Below the pieces are notes generated by a model, which did not search any database, was not told the origin of the DNA, and worked only from the letters and a program-made list of their open reading frames with translations. Both the position numbers and the translations under genes were made by a program. Shown here one piece after another: positions 26,801 through 42,925 of a stretch of 64,000 bases of DNA. The stretch's first letter is position 1; the number at the start of each line of letters is the position of its first letter. This stretch comes from Eledone cirrhosa (Eukaryota): assembly GCA_964016885.1 (NCBI GenBank), contig OZ024742.1:130386001-130450000 (forward strand), read 5' to 3'.

Positions 26801-29669
26801 TCAAGCAACAGTTAACGGGAGCCATCGTCAACAATAGATGGTGGTACTCTCTCAAGAAAGCAATTAAAGTAGAATCGATAGGGTTTAGCAGAGAGTTAGC
26901 TTAGAGAAAAACAAACTAGAAAGAGAACTAATAGTCAAGGTAGAGGAGGCACTTAGAAGTGGCAACGCGGCTAGAGTGTTAGCGTCGAGAACGGCACTGG
27001 ACCAGTTTTTGATGCGAAACACGAAGGCTGCGTGGTCAGAAGCAAAACACGTACTCTAGGAAACGAAGGAGCGAAAGCTGTCAGCTGGGCCCTAGTGGCG
27101 GAGGCAAAAAGTGGCAACAAGTCCACGATTCGGTCTTTGAAAGATCAAAACGGACGCGTGCTACTTGACCCCAAGCATATGTGCACGGCCTTTCAGCAGC
27201 ACTTTGCGCGACTGTTTGAGCAGAACGACGGTGAGCCGAACGGGGCAATGAACTTTAGTTCATACCCCGACGGCCTGCCGCGTCTCTCGAACACTGACGC
27301 CGAGTTCTGCGATAGACCAATCACGGACACTGAGATACGGGACGCACTGGGCCGCTGCGGGAAACGCAAGTCACCCGGTCTAGATGGTCTACCCTATGAG
27401 TTTTACATAGGCATGCCGGACTTGTTCTCTGGCGTCCTCGAAGCCGTATACTGCAATTGGCAGCAGAACGGGAGAATTCCCAATTCTGCAGACAAGGGCG
27501 TAGTAACGCTGATCAGGAAAGACGAGAACAAGGGGGACGAAATTAACTTCAGGCCCATAACTCTGCTCAACACAGAGTTAAAGATTTTGGCCAAGGTGCT
27601 AGCGACGAGGTTGGCGCTTGTCGTTGAGAACCTGGTAGGGAAAGCGCAAACGTGTGCAATCCCGACCAGGTCCATACACGACAACCTCCACCTCATGCGA
27701 TACATCATGATACATTGATCAGAGCCCCGGCTTCGGTGGGGCTCTGATCAATTTGGATCAGTCTAAGGCATTCGATAGGGTCGACCATTGATACTTGGAC
27801 GCGGTTCTCAAGGCGTCCGGTTTCGGTCCCGTGTTCAGAGGCTGGATCGAGGCGATGCATACCAGCATCTGCTCGAGGGTCAAGGTGAACGGCTACCTAT
27901 CGGAGCCGTTCGCAATCACGCGTTCCATTCGACAGGGGTGTTCTCTCTCCTCCATTCTGTATGTATTGACTCTAGAGCCACTACTGCGGAAATTGGAGCT
28001 GTTGCAGGGCATCCCTCTAGAACCGGGACTGCGCAAAGCGGCGTCGGCTTATGCCGACGACGTGACGGTAATGGTGTCGAACACCTCGGAAATCGGGGTG
28101 ATCGGCAACATACTGAAAGAATACGAAACGCTGACGGGAGCAAAACTAAACCCAGACAAGTCTGTCGGTTTGCAACTCGGTACGTGGAGAGGCAAACCGA
28201 TGACGTTCGACAGCGTCGTTGGACGCTGGACGGACGGACCGGTGAAATTGCTCGGGGTCTGGTTCGGTCCAGACCTCCAGGTGGAGAAAAACTGGAACGA
28301 GGTCACGGCCAAGGTGTTTGCACTCACCTAGAAGTGGGCAGAGTGAAAACTGTCCTTGAAAGGTTAAGCGGAGGTGGCGAACACTTTCATAGCGTCCGTC
28401 ATCTACTACCGCTTGACTGTCGTGCCTTGTCCCCGTGAACACCTCGCCAAGATGGAACGCATGCTCTTCCAGTTTCTGTGGAAGAAGCAGGCTCCGCTAG
28501 TGAGGAGATCCGTCTGCTGTCAGCACCCTTCCAACGGAGGGCTGGGAATGCCATGGGTGATGATGCGCAAACATGCGCTGAGGCTGCGGCATCTCCAGGT
28601 ATTCTTCACCGACCCCCAACCGGTGTGGGAACCGTTTGTGAGACAGGCTTTCCCACAGCTCGTCTCGCTGACGAAGCTGCAGTCCTGGGTGAAGAAAAGA
28701 CCGAAAACGATGGGCGTCTGGCACATTGAATGCGCTCAGGCGCTCACAGTCCTCTGGCAAGCGGGCGCAGCAATCAGTGGAGACTCCACTTCGACATTCT
28801 ATGGAGGGATTGTACGTTACAAGGGCGATGACGTGCTCGGAAAGACTCTGGGCGTCGAAGACGATGAGCTCACCAGTCTGTTTGGTAGGACTTTCCGCCC
28901 GGGACCTATGGACAACTTCCAGAGGTCCCTGGCCTGGCAGTGCTACCGAGGAGCTCTACCGGTTCGAGACAAGATCTAGAGGCACGGACGCCCCGGCAGG
29001 GATCCTTCCAAGAGGACGTGTCCAAGATGCGCGCAGGACATTGAAACAGTCCTGCACGCAATTGTACACTGCCCGGGCGTAACCGACCTGTGGAACTATG
29101 CAGAACAACTGCTGTCGCGTATGGGGCAAATCCAGTTGACTGCCGAGTCCATAGTAAGGATCAAACCGCCAGCCTCTTTCAAAAACGAAAGAGAGGCGGT
29201 TTTCCTCTGTACGGTGGCTATGGTGAAAGAAGTTATATGGTGGACGAGATTGAGAGGACTGAGGACAGATGCCTTTCTCTCCGGACAACAATTGATTCCC
29301 TTCTTTAAGTATCACTTTAGAAGGAGAATCAGAGTGGAGAGAGAGGCACTGCACCCCAGTAAATTTACTGAAAGGTGAGTGAATGAAGCGAAAATGGCCC
29401 GAGTGATTGGGCCTTCTCTGTTTATAAGCCTGTAGGTTGAAGAAGAGAGCAAAAGGAAGAAAGGAGCACTTGCAAAACACGCTCCTGGAGTTGAGGGTTG
29501 TTCTATCGACGGGGTATTAAACAACCCATTTGTGGCGCCTCACCCCTATTGGGGATTTCGATTGTTCTAATTGTTTGTTTTTATATTTTTTACACGACTG
29601 TATGTAAAATCCCCGGCATGTCTTTGTATTGTCCCCTTTTCTTGTGCGCCCTTGTGGCAAATAAAGAAA
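23860..29669 (+). mobile_element. Tx1-like LINE copy D, near full length, decayed
   Basis: ORF1 ~24149-25958 with CCHC knuckle (CFRCGSTAHLKASC); ORF2 26010-29435; flanked by (TATC)n on both sides. Confidence 0.94.
26010..29435 (+). pseudogene. LINE D ORF2 (APE-RT-zinc finger), disrupted
   Basis: MASLRIGSVNVRGL, AVYAP, GDWN, GYWKLN, KSPGLDG, FRPITLLN, AYADD, CPRC..ETVLHAIVHC. Confidence 0.94.
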
Positions 29670-29671
29670 CA

Positions 29672-29754
<83 letters not shown>

Positions 29755-29779
29755 ATATCCTCCTCCCTCTCTATAAATG

Positions 29780-32030
<2,251 letters not shown>

Positions 32031-32499
32031 TGAATAACAGAGAACAGAGAAGAAAAAAAAAAAACAAAGAACATATTTACAAAATATTAATAAGAAAAAT
32101 AGCAAAAAACTGAGGCGTCCCTACTAATGTGTTTTGTTGACCTTAGACAGCCTTAACCACCAGAGCAATAATCAAAATGGCTGAACATGAAAATAAAAAT
32201 AATGAAAAATGTGAAACAGAAAGATATATATTAAAAAAAATAATCTCTTAGTATTTTGCGAAATTTCCTACCTTCATCTTTTCCAAAATATACATTTTCC
32301 TGTTTATACTGCTGTTTCTTCTCTTGTTTATTCAGTTTGCTTATTTTTTTCTATTTCAGAGTCCAGTGTGTGTTTACAGTCTCTAACACTACTAAGAAAA
32401 GAACACCAACGTCAGTGATTCTGAACGTGGAGCGTATGCTTAGTAGAAAAGGAAATTTGTATATTTTCGGGGGCTAATTTCAAAATTTAACAATGGGAA

Positions 32500-32917
32500 A
32501 ATTTGTATGCAATGTATGCAAGCGGCTGGAGGGTCTTTGGATGATTGTTACTCGATAGAGTACATTACATGGCTCGGAGATCAGGGATTCGCTCCAGGTA
32601 GAGCCGCTACTTCTCCAAATTGAGAGATCACAATTCCGATACTTCGGACATGTGGCTGGAATGTCTTAGAAAAGAATCGTTGGAAGATTTGAGGGGCGAA
32701 ACCAAAGAGCGGAAGACCCAGGGGTAGAATTCGAGTAAAATATTGGATAACATCCATCAGCTTGGTTGGTCTCATTTAGGGATCTAGCCGGATCCCTTGG
32801 AGACAGTTGCTTCTGAGAGGACGTGCGGGAAAGTGTGCTCAAAGACTCTGCCTCCAAGACCTTCCCAGGGGTAAGTGGGAGAAGAAGAAGGAGATCAAGA
32901 AGAAGAAAAAGAAGAAG
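32500..32917 (+). mobile_element. 3' fragment of an RTE/Rex3-like LINE with (GAA)n tail
   Basis: EPLLLQIERSQFRYFGHVAGM...GRPRGR..LGWSHLGI...LPPRPSQG then a GAA-rich tail. Confidence 0.75.
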
Positions 32918-33116
32918 GCACAGTGGTAGAGTCGTCAGAGCATCGGAAACAATGCTTTAAGGTATTTTATCCGGTACTCTGCGTAAAAACTATTTGAAAC
33001 AATGTTTCCTTGCTTCAATTTCTGACCGACCATTTTTAATGAAACTCTTCTTTTTGGTGATTAAAAAAATGTAACCATATTTCTACATTGAGAGCGATAT
33101 TAAATTTTTTGAGTTG

Positions 33117-33545
33117 ACGAGGTCGTTCAGAAAAGTATCCGCAGTCCACATAATATTCTTTCAGCTGTCAAAGAAGTAAAAAATAGCTTGTAGAGAGTAG
33201 GAAGCCTGGTGAAAGAGTGAAATGCCTTTCTTTGCCAAGAAAACTTGGATCAGCTGCCAGGAATAAGCCAGCGTGTTGTTTTAATGCAGCTACCAATTTT
33301 TGCGAGGCTCACAAATCAGTTTTTTTGCGCCAAACTATATCAAAAAGTTGTCGGAGCCATTCCTGATAGTACTTCTTTGTAACTGTTTGTCCTTCTGGTG
33401 CGTATTTCTGATGCACAATGTCTTGGTAGTCGAAGAAAACAGTCAGCATCGCGTTCATTTTACTTTGTGCCTAACGTGGTTTATTCGTCTTGGGGGACTT
33501 TGGATGCTTCGACTGTAATGGCTGAGCTTTGTTATCCGGGTCGTA
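33117..33545 (-). mobile_element. Mariner transposon remnant
   Basis: AMLTVFFDYQDIVHQKYAPEGQTVTKKYY on minus; TIR-like GAGGTCGTTCAGAAAAGTATCCG. Confidence 0.75.
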
Positions 33546-33987
33546 CCCGTATGGCCGCGTTATCCTGTAATGCTCTAGCTCAGGATCCTTGGCCGTATAG
33601 GGTGAATGGAAAATGCGATGTGTAAGTAATACAACATCCAGCGAACTAAAAAATAAAAAAAGGATAAACGCCCCACAAAACAAACCACGTTTACATATGG
33701 ATGTATGCTGTTCGAAAACTTTGTCTCCCTAACGTCATTACCTCCCACAGGACAAAAATAAAGTCGGATAACTTTTCGTCATATCGCATACCCCCCACCC
33801 CACACACATATCTCTCTGTGTGTGTGTGTGTGTGTTTGTATGTGAGTGTATGTGTGTATGTGTTTGAGTATATATATATACACACATACATATACATAAA
33901 CGCATACGCATATTTGAATATGGATATGTATGTTTGTATTATGTATGTATGCCTTTACCTATCTGTATATATATATATATATCTCCC

Positions 33988-34069
<82 letters not shown>

Positions 34070-34115
34070 TCTATCTATCTATCTATCTTTCTATCTATCT
34101 ATAGTGTATACACTT

Positions 34116-34164
<49 letters not shown>

Positions 34165-34181
34165 TCTATCTATCTATAGTG

Positions 34182-34262
<81 letters not shown>

Positions 34263-34520
34263 GCGCGCGCGTGATGTGCGGTAACTGTATTGAAAGCATC
34301 ATATCAATTTAATGTCATCAAAGCAGAGTACATATTTTCTCAACCTATAGTTTCATGCCGTGTAGAAGACACATATAGCAAGCCCTTACCATAATTGACA
34401 CACAACACATACATAATAAGCATAGACATCTTAGTAGACACTTAATTGTAGCCGTTAAGTGTCTTTCAATGTGTGAGAGAAAGTGAAACACACACACACA
34501 TATGTGTGTGTGTGTTTATT

Positions 34521-34554
<34 letters not shown>

Positions 34555-34620
34555 CATACACTCACACACATCTCTCTCTCTCTTTATATTTATATATATG
34601 TATATATTTATACATATATG

Positions 34621-34708
<88 letters not shown>

Positions 34709-34772
34709 TGTGTGTATGTATATATTTTAACCATCCCTTTCAACGTATGAACATTCCATTTCTTTGAGAGAA

Positions 34773-34818
<46 letters not shown>

Positions 34819-34828
34819 TTTGAGAGAA

Positions 34829-34865
<37 letters not shown>

Positions 34866-35189
34866 TAGGGAAAGAAGATGAAATCGAAAATGCAACTGGA
34901 GTTTTTTAAAAAAAAAAAATATTTATTTGGTTCCTTTACCGGTTTCGCAGTTCTTGTGCTTTTCAAAGTAGAATTGAGATGCGTTCCTGGTTATTTCTGT
35001 ATATATATATATTCGTTATATTTAACAACGTATAACGTGAGAATGTGTGATGGGGGGGGGGGGGGGGGGGGGGGAGACTTGGAGAATCAGTAATTGTGTG
35101 ATTTACGTTTTACGTTCGTAAATATGGGATTTCTTCCAATGTTCTTTTTTTGTCATATATAATGTTTTTTTTTAAATGTAAAATAAAAT

Positions 35190-35662
35190 AATTGTTTATA
35201 CTTTGGCACAAGGCCAGCAATTACCCCAGTACAGAGAGCTAAGAGAGAGGTGTAAATAATTGGTACAAGGCGAGTAATCTGAAGGGAAGAGGAATGCCGA
35301 TTAAATCGACCCCCAGTGTGCTACTGGTGTTTTATTTTATTGTCCCAGTAAGGCTGAAAGGCAACGTTAACCTGGACGAGATTTGAACTCAGAATGTATA
35401 TGGACGTAACTATATGTCGCAAAGCATGTTGTTCGACGCTCTACCGATACTGGCAATCCTCCGTCTATATACTGTTATAATTGTTTCTATTTCGGGCACA
35501 AGGCCAGCAATTACCCCAGTGCGTGACTGGTACTTTATTTTATCGACCCCGTAAGGATGAAAGGCAAAGCTAACATCGGCGGGATTTGAACTCAGACCGC
35601 AAAGGGCCGTAACTCTATGCTGCAAAGCATGGCGTCCGACCCTCCAGCGATACAGCCGATCC
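35190..35662 (-). mobile_element. Cluster of two SINE copies plus a tail fragment
   Basis: Two SINE cores in tandem. Confidence 0.85.
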
Positions 35663-35850
35663 AAAATAATTAGACATGGGAGTACGTAGAGTTTAAATAT
35701 TTATTTATTATGGCTAATTGATGAGCCATGTCACTCTGGGGTTTCACCATGTTACTCTGGGGTTTCACATGACTGGTGATCCTGTGAGTGCACAGGTGAA
35801 ACTTTATAGCAATACCGCTCACTAATAGCCATAATAAATCAATGTATATA

Positions 35851-36229
35851 CGAGGGCAATCCCAAAAGTAAGGTCTCCTTCCGATATTGCAACTTTTCCG
35901 TTAAAATCCTGTGGATGGTGCTTCGGGAAACCTCAGGAACCAAAATGCACAGAGCATCCAGAGTGATCCGCCGATCTTTACGCATGTTTTCCTCGGAAGA
36001 TACTTTTGGGATTGCCCTCTATATAATAACTGCGCCAAATTCGCACTTGGCGGTAGCGTTCAACGGGAGCTCCATTCTCAACGGCTGCCAAACCAAGATT
36101 GAGCAACCCAGCGAAGCGCGCGCATGCTTGTTTGGGAGTGAAGGAAACACCAATCACAACAGTGTTGCCAACAGCCGTACGAACAGTTTCTCTGCGTCCT
36201 CATCGTTTTGGAGACCTTACTTTTGGGAT

Positions 36230-36236
<7 letters not shown>
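35851..36236. mobile_element. Mariner-derived MITE with an extra internal TIR copy
   Basis: GAGGGCAATCCCAAAAGTAAGGTCTCC / GGAGACCTTACTTTTGGGATTACCCT; internal TACTTTTGGGATTGCCCTC at ~36001; MRKDRRITL on minus. Confidence 0.8.
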
Positions 36237-36284
<48 letters not shown>

Positions 36285-36383
36285 GTTCCCCACCACCACC
36301 TCACTCTCAAGAGCGTGAAACTAATAAACCTTTGTTCGTACTGCCTCTCTGTTTTGTTCCCGTTCAATTTTTACTATATATAT

Positions 36384-36437
<54 letters not shown>

Positions 36438-36490
36438 ATTTATATATCAATAATATTAATAAATGGAAAATATCCTTATAAAACCATATT

Positions 36491-36551
36491 TATTTTATTA
36501 TAAATATTTCAAGGGTACCAGTATTTTGGTACGCTTTCGTCAGATAAAATA
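36491..36551 (-). ncRNA. Type I hammerhead, family 2, degenerate stem III (in a ~190-bp repeat)
   Basis: Minus: TATTTTAT-CTGACGA-AAGCGTACCA aaatac TGGTACCCTT-GAAA-TATTTA-TA-ATAAAATA. Confidence 0.65.
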
Positions 36552-36906
36552 CAATATTTGGTTTACAGATAATGACATATCGACATATAAACTTAATGTT
36601 ATGAGTTCAATGCAGATAGTCATATATATATATAGAGAGAGAGATAGATAGATAGAGAGAGAGAGAGTGGGAGAGGATATGATTAAATTGGATTTAATAC
36701 CAGTTTATTACCAAATGCGAAGAAGCTCGATATATCAACCTTAGGAAAGAGTACAGAGCATTATTTTTTTATATTATATTATATATATATATATATATAA
36801 CAAAGATGGTGTGGTAAGATACCATGTGGATCATAACACACCAGAGTACTCAATACTTAGGGTAGTAGAGTGGGTAATAGGAAAAGAGTCAGAACGGATT
36901 TAACTG

Positions 36907-36952
<46 letters not shown>

Positions 36953-36955
<3 letters not shown>

Positions 36956-37205
36956 GGGCGGTGGATTGGGGGAAGAGGGCAGCATGCTCCCTACCCCAAT
37001 AATTATATTTTCACCCCCCAAACTACCAAAACACACATCTATTTGGATATTGCGCTACAATTTATGTACATGTTATATTTATTGTATATCGAAGTTTTCT
37101 GACCATTTTAGAGTGCAAAGAGCCAAACTAATCACTACAACGAAATTGACCAAATTTGCCCCCCCCCCCCCCCAACGGATTCAGAAATGCTTCCACCCGC
37201 CCCTG
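36953..37205. mobile_element. Non-autonomous DNA transposon/MITE
   Basis: Ends GGGCGGTGGA / TCCACCCGCCCCTG, within (TA)n. Confidence 0.5.
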
Positions 37206-37212
37206 ATATATA

Positions 37213-37556
37213 CAGTGTATTCCCGGCATTCGCCGTCACGACATTCGCCGTTCCGGTTATTCGCGGAATTTTTCTTAGAACCTAATTAATAATTGTTCGT
37301 GAAAACCACCGCATATTCGCGGAATTGTAAACATCTTTTGCGATTTTTTATGGCTTTTTTCGTGGCAATATATACTTTTTTAAGCTTTTTAACGCTAAAT
37401 TATCAAAAACAACATACATTATTTGCCGGCCTACATTTCATATTATGTTTTGACGTTTATAGGCATTTTTATGTACCACCTCCAATATTCGCGGTTTTTC
37501 ACTCGTCGCGGGTGCTTTGGGAACGTAACCCCCCGCGAATACTGGGGGGACAACTG
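37213..37556. mobile_element. Tigger/pogo-like MITE
   Basis: TA-CAGTG..ATTCGC / GCGAATACTGGGGGGACAACTG-TA. Confidence 0.7.
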
Positions 37557-37694
37557 TATATATATAAATACATACGTAAGTACGTACGTACGTGCATACA
37601 TACACATGTACGTGCGTGAATACATACTTATGCATACATACGCATATAAATACATACGTACATACATGCATACATGTATGTAAGTATGTATGTA

Positions 37695-38930
37695 TATATC
37701 AATTACCACCCAAACTCTCCCCCCCTCTCTATATCAAGTAACATCAAACTGTCCCCCTCTCTATATCCACTACACGGTACTCTCTTCCAATACCCGCTCT
37801 TTATCAATTAACACCAAACTCTCTCCTATGTATATCTACTACATGGAACTCTTACCAATGCCCCTCTCTATATCAATAAACATCAACCTCCTCCCTCTCT
37901 ATACATAATATACAACACACTCTCCCAAATCCCTCACTATATCAATTGTTTCTACTATTGGCACAAGGCCAGCAATTATCCCAGTGTATTACTGGTACTT
38001 TATTTTATCGACCCCGTAAGGATGAAAGGCAAAGTTAACCTCGGCGGGATTTGAACTCAGACCATAAAGGGCCGTAACTCTGCAAAGCATGGCATCCGAC
38101 CCTCTACCGATACTGCAATCCACCGCCCTATATCAATTACCATCCAACTATCCACCCTCTCTATATCTACTATACAACACTCTCTCTCATTCACTCTCAC
38201 TCTAACCATCACTACCAAAACTCTTTCCCTCTCTATATTTATTAATACTTATCTCTATCAACCCTCCCCCCTTCTCTATATCTACTACACGGAACTCTCT
38301 TCCAATCCACCTCTCTATATCAATAAACATTAATCTCTGTCCCTTTCTGTATCTAATATACAACGCACTCTCCCAAACCCTCTCTATATCAGTTACTACA
38401 AACTATCCCCCTTTCTATATCTACCATATAGCACCCTCTCTCATTCACTTTCCCCACTATCCATCACTACCAAACTCTCACCCTCTCTATATTTATTAAT
38501 ACCTACCTTTATCTATCCTCTCACTCTTTTCATTACCACCAAACTCTCCCCCTCTCTACATCAACCATACAACACTCTCTCCCAATCCCCCTCTCTATAT
38601 CAATTAGCACCAAACTCTCACCCCTCTCTATATCAATAAACATCAATCTCTCAACCTCTCTATGTCTAATATACAACACACTCTCCTAAATTCCCCTCAC
38701 TATATCCATTACAACCAAACTATTCCCTCTCTATGTCTATCAATACTTATCTCTATCACTCCTCTCACTCTATTCAATACTACCAAACTCTCCTCCTCCC
38801 TATATCTACTACTCGATACTCTCTTCCAATCCCCCTCTCTATACCAAAATAACACCAAACTCTCCGCCTCTCTATAATTTACCTCACGGAACTCTCTTCC
38901 AATCCCCTCCCTATATCTGTATCTCTCCTC
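37695..38930. repeat. Diverged CT-rich tandem repeat interrupted by a SINE (37945-38128, TSD CTATATCAATT)
   Basis: Recurring CTCTCTATATCAAT..CACCAAACTCTC motif. Confidence 0.8.
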
Positions 38931-39617
38931 TTTCATCCATCTCTACATAACATCTACATAAATTGTAGCGCATATACAATAGATGCGTGTTTTGGTAGTT
39001 TGGTAGAAAAATATACTGCCTACCCCAGTTCCATCACCCCTGTATATATAAATATATATTCACACACACACACACACACATATCTATCTATCTACGTCTG
39101 TCTGTCTGTCTGTTTGTATGTATCTATGTGTGTGCTTTTGTATACGATAGATATAGAGACAGAGAAAAAGATAGAGAGCACGAGAAAGAATAAGAGGGGT
39201 GTTTATTTCGTTTCGTTTCCTTCTAGTCTTTCTATTTTTTTTTATACAACCCACTCTTTCCTCTCATACACGTTATTCTCCCTTTCTCTCACTTTCCATT
39301 CTCTTTCTCTCGTTCTCTTTCTTTACCAAACCTTCGATGGTGGAACAACACATGAATGGTCTTCCTGTCGGAATATCCATTATCAAATATTTAAGTTCAC
39401 TTTCTGTCACCAACAGAATTATTTCAAGAGGGGAAAAAATTCCAAACATCGCACACGGCATTCATATAGATGGAAGATTGTCAGAGAAAAATCTGTGATA
39501 ATGATAATCTATTCTTGAAGAAAATTACGAAAACAGCGAAAAGCATTAAGTTAGAAATTTCACTCACACACACACCCGAAGACGTATATAGATGTATACA
39601 CAGACACAAACGCGCGT

Positions 39618-39759
<142 letters not shown>

Positions 39760-39834
39760 CATACATATAAATATATATATATATATACATACATATAAAT
39801 ATATATATATATGTATATGTATATATGTATGTAG

Positions 39835-39921
<87 letters not shown>

Positions 39922-39932
39922 TGTATGTATGT

Positions 39933-40068
39933 ATGTGTGTAGTGTTTGTACCAGAGTTTTCAAGTCGCTGGCTGGACTAAAAAGTCACACTCGTTCAGCA
40001 CATTGGTAGGGGTTCTTCTACATGGATATAAAGTAGTGGCCGTACTCGAAAACGAGTTGGCAGCCACC
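39933..40068 (+). mobile_element. 3' end of an RTE-clade LINE with a terminal C2H2 finger
   Basis: [24 protein letters not shown], short UTR, (AT)n. Confidence 0.6.
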
Positions 40069-40169
40069 ATATATATATATATGTATGTGTATATATATAT
40101 ATATATACACACACATACATATAAATATATATATATGTATATATGTATGTATGTATGTATATATATATG

Positions 40170-40243
<74 letters not shown>

Positions 40244-40439
40244 CACACATACATATAAATATATATATATGTATATATGTATGTATGCACTTAAATTCTT
40301 TTATTCTTTTTTGGTTTCAATCTTCCGGCTCTGACCGAATATGCGATATTTATATATACACATACATACATATTATTATGTATATGCACGCACGCACACA
40401 CACACACACGCACACACACGCACACACGCACACACACAG

Positions 40440-40487
<48 letters not shown>

Positions 40488-40656
40488 GCATTGTGTATAT
40501 AAACAATTTCGAAATTGAACATAAATAGATACTGAAAGAAAACAAAATGAAAATTAACTGTACACACACACATATAAATTTATATGCGTGTGCACGTGCA
40601 CACACAAATATACATGTATATGTCTATCTATGTATCTATCTATCTAATTGTATATA

Positions 40657-42925
40657 CCAGGTCTCGATGGTATACCTTACGAACTTTATTTAGCAATGCC
40701 GGTCTTCTTCTCCGAACTCCTCGAAGCAGTCTACTGCAATTGGCAGCAGAACGGGAGAATTCCTTGTTCTGTAGCCAAGGGCGTAGTCTCGCTGGTGAGG
40801 AAGGACGAGAACAAGGGGGATAGTATAAATCATTTTCGGCCCATAACTCTGCTAAACACAGAGGTAAAGATTTTGGCCAAGGTGTTAGCAAAGAGGTTGG
40901 CGCTTGTCGTGGGTAGCCTGGTGGGAGATGCGCAGACATGTGCTATCCCATCCAGGTCCATTCACGACAATCTCCACCTCATGCGATACATCATAGAGAG
41001 GGTTGGCAACAAACCCGGCTTCGGTGGGGCCCTGATCAACTTGGATCAGTCTAAGGCGTTCGATAGGGTCGACCATGGTTACCTGGATGCGGTGCTAGCG
41101 GCGGCTGGGTTCGGTCCTGTTTTCAGAGGCTGGATCACTGCCTTACATAGCAACCACATCTGTTCTAGGATCAAGGTGAACGGCTACCTTTCGAAGCCGT
41201 TCGAAATCACACGATCCATTCGACAGGGGTGCCCTCTCTCCTCCCTTCTGTACGTATTGACTCTCGAGCCTTTACTGAGGAAGTTGGAGTTGTTGCAGGG
41301 TATCCCCCTGGAACCAAAATTGAGCAAAGCGGTGTCGGCCTACACTGATGACGTAACAGTAATGGTATCGACCGACTCGGAGATCGAGACGATCGGTACC
41401 TTACTGGAGGAATACGAAAGGTTGTCAGGAGCGAAACTGAACCGGGAAAAATCCATCGGGCTGCAACTCGGAACGTGGAGAGGCAGACCGATGCCTCCCG
41501 ACGGTGTCGTCGGACACTGGACGGAGGGCCCGGTGAAGTTGCTTGGGTCTGGTTTGGACCAGACCTCCAGGTGGAAAAGAACTGGAACGAGGTTACGAGC
41601 AAGGTGTTTGCACTGACCCAGAAATGGGCCAAGTGTAAGCTGTCCCTGAAAGGTCGGGCGGAGGTGGCGAACATTTACATAGCGTCCGTCACTTACTACC
41701 GCCTGACTGTCGTGCCTTGCCCTAAGGAAACACTCACCACCATGGAACGCATGCTCTTTCAATTTCTTTGGAAGAAGCGCCCTCCTATGGTGAGAAGATC
41801 CATCTGCTGCCAACAACCTTCGAAAGGAGGGCTGGGGATGCCGTGGTTGATGATGCGTAGGCACGCATTAAGGCTACGGCACCTACAGGTATTCCTCACT
41901 GGTCAACCGGTGTGGGCTCCGTTCGTGAGACGAGCCTTTCCGAGACTCGTCTCGCTCACCGAGCTGCAGTCCTGGGTCAAGCAAAGATCCGGAAAACTGG
42001 GCGACTGGCACACTGAGTGTGCCCAGGCGCTCAGGGCTCTCTGGCAAGCGGACCCGGCCATCGGTGGAGAATCCACCTCGTCATTCTATAGAGGGCTGGT
42101 GGCTAGCAGGGGTGATGACACCCTTGGAGAGTCGCTGGACATGGAAGAGGACGAACTGGCCAGCCTGTTCGGTAGGACTTTCGGCTAGGGACCAATGGAC
42201 AACTTCCAGAAGTCACTGGCCTGGCAGTGCTACCGGGGGGCTCTACCCGTTCGAGAAAAGCTCTACAGACACGGGCGCTCGGGCAGGGATCCCTCGAAAA
42301 AGATTTTCCCTAGATACGTGCGTCACGAAGAAACCGTTGCGCACGCATTGGTGCACTGTCCAGGCGTGGCTGATCTGTGGGGCTACGCCGAACGACTGCT
42401 GTCGCGGGTGGCGCCGATTCGATTGACCGCCGAGTCCGTGGTAACAATCAAGCCGCCTCCCCTCTTCACAAAGGAAGCAAAGGCCGTTTTTCTGTGCGTG
42501 TTGAAAGAGGTTGTTTGGTGGACACGATTGAAAGGTCTGAGGTCAGGCAACTTCCTCTCTGGCCATAGTCTGGTCTACTTCTTCCGATATCACTTCGGAA
42601 GAAGGATAAGAATGGAGAGAGAGGTGCTTGGCCACAGGCAGTTTTATGAGAGGTGGGTGATAGTGGCGAGAATTGCTCGTGTAAATGGGCCTTCTCTGTA
42701 TACCATCCTGTAGGTAAAGAAGTGAAGGAGAGGGGAGCACCTCTATGTGCTCCCCGGGCAAAGGATTGCACACTTTTTCGGGGGTGTGTGCAACCCCCAT
42801 CACGTCCCCTCCCTTTTGAGGTTATTTTCGATTATTTTCATTTTATACCCTTTTTACTCGATTGTATGTAAACTCCCCCTTTGTATTTGTCCCTTCTTTT
42901 TATGCCTTTATGGTAAATAAAGAAA
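40657..42925 (+). mobile_element. Tx1-like LINE copy E, 5'-truncated, with an 18-bp TSD
   Basis: PGLDGIPYE...RT...zinc finger; TATCTATCTAATTGTATA at 40637-40654 and 42928-42945. Confidence 0.94.

Noticed and set aside
32335-32477. Possible exon after a polypyrimidine tract and CAG
   Set aside because: No recognisable protein and no supporting donor or neighbouring exons
39933-40009. Host C2H2 zinc-finger gene
   Set aside because: Single finger plus short UTR and (AT)n tail is typical of an RTE LINE 3' end
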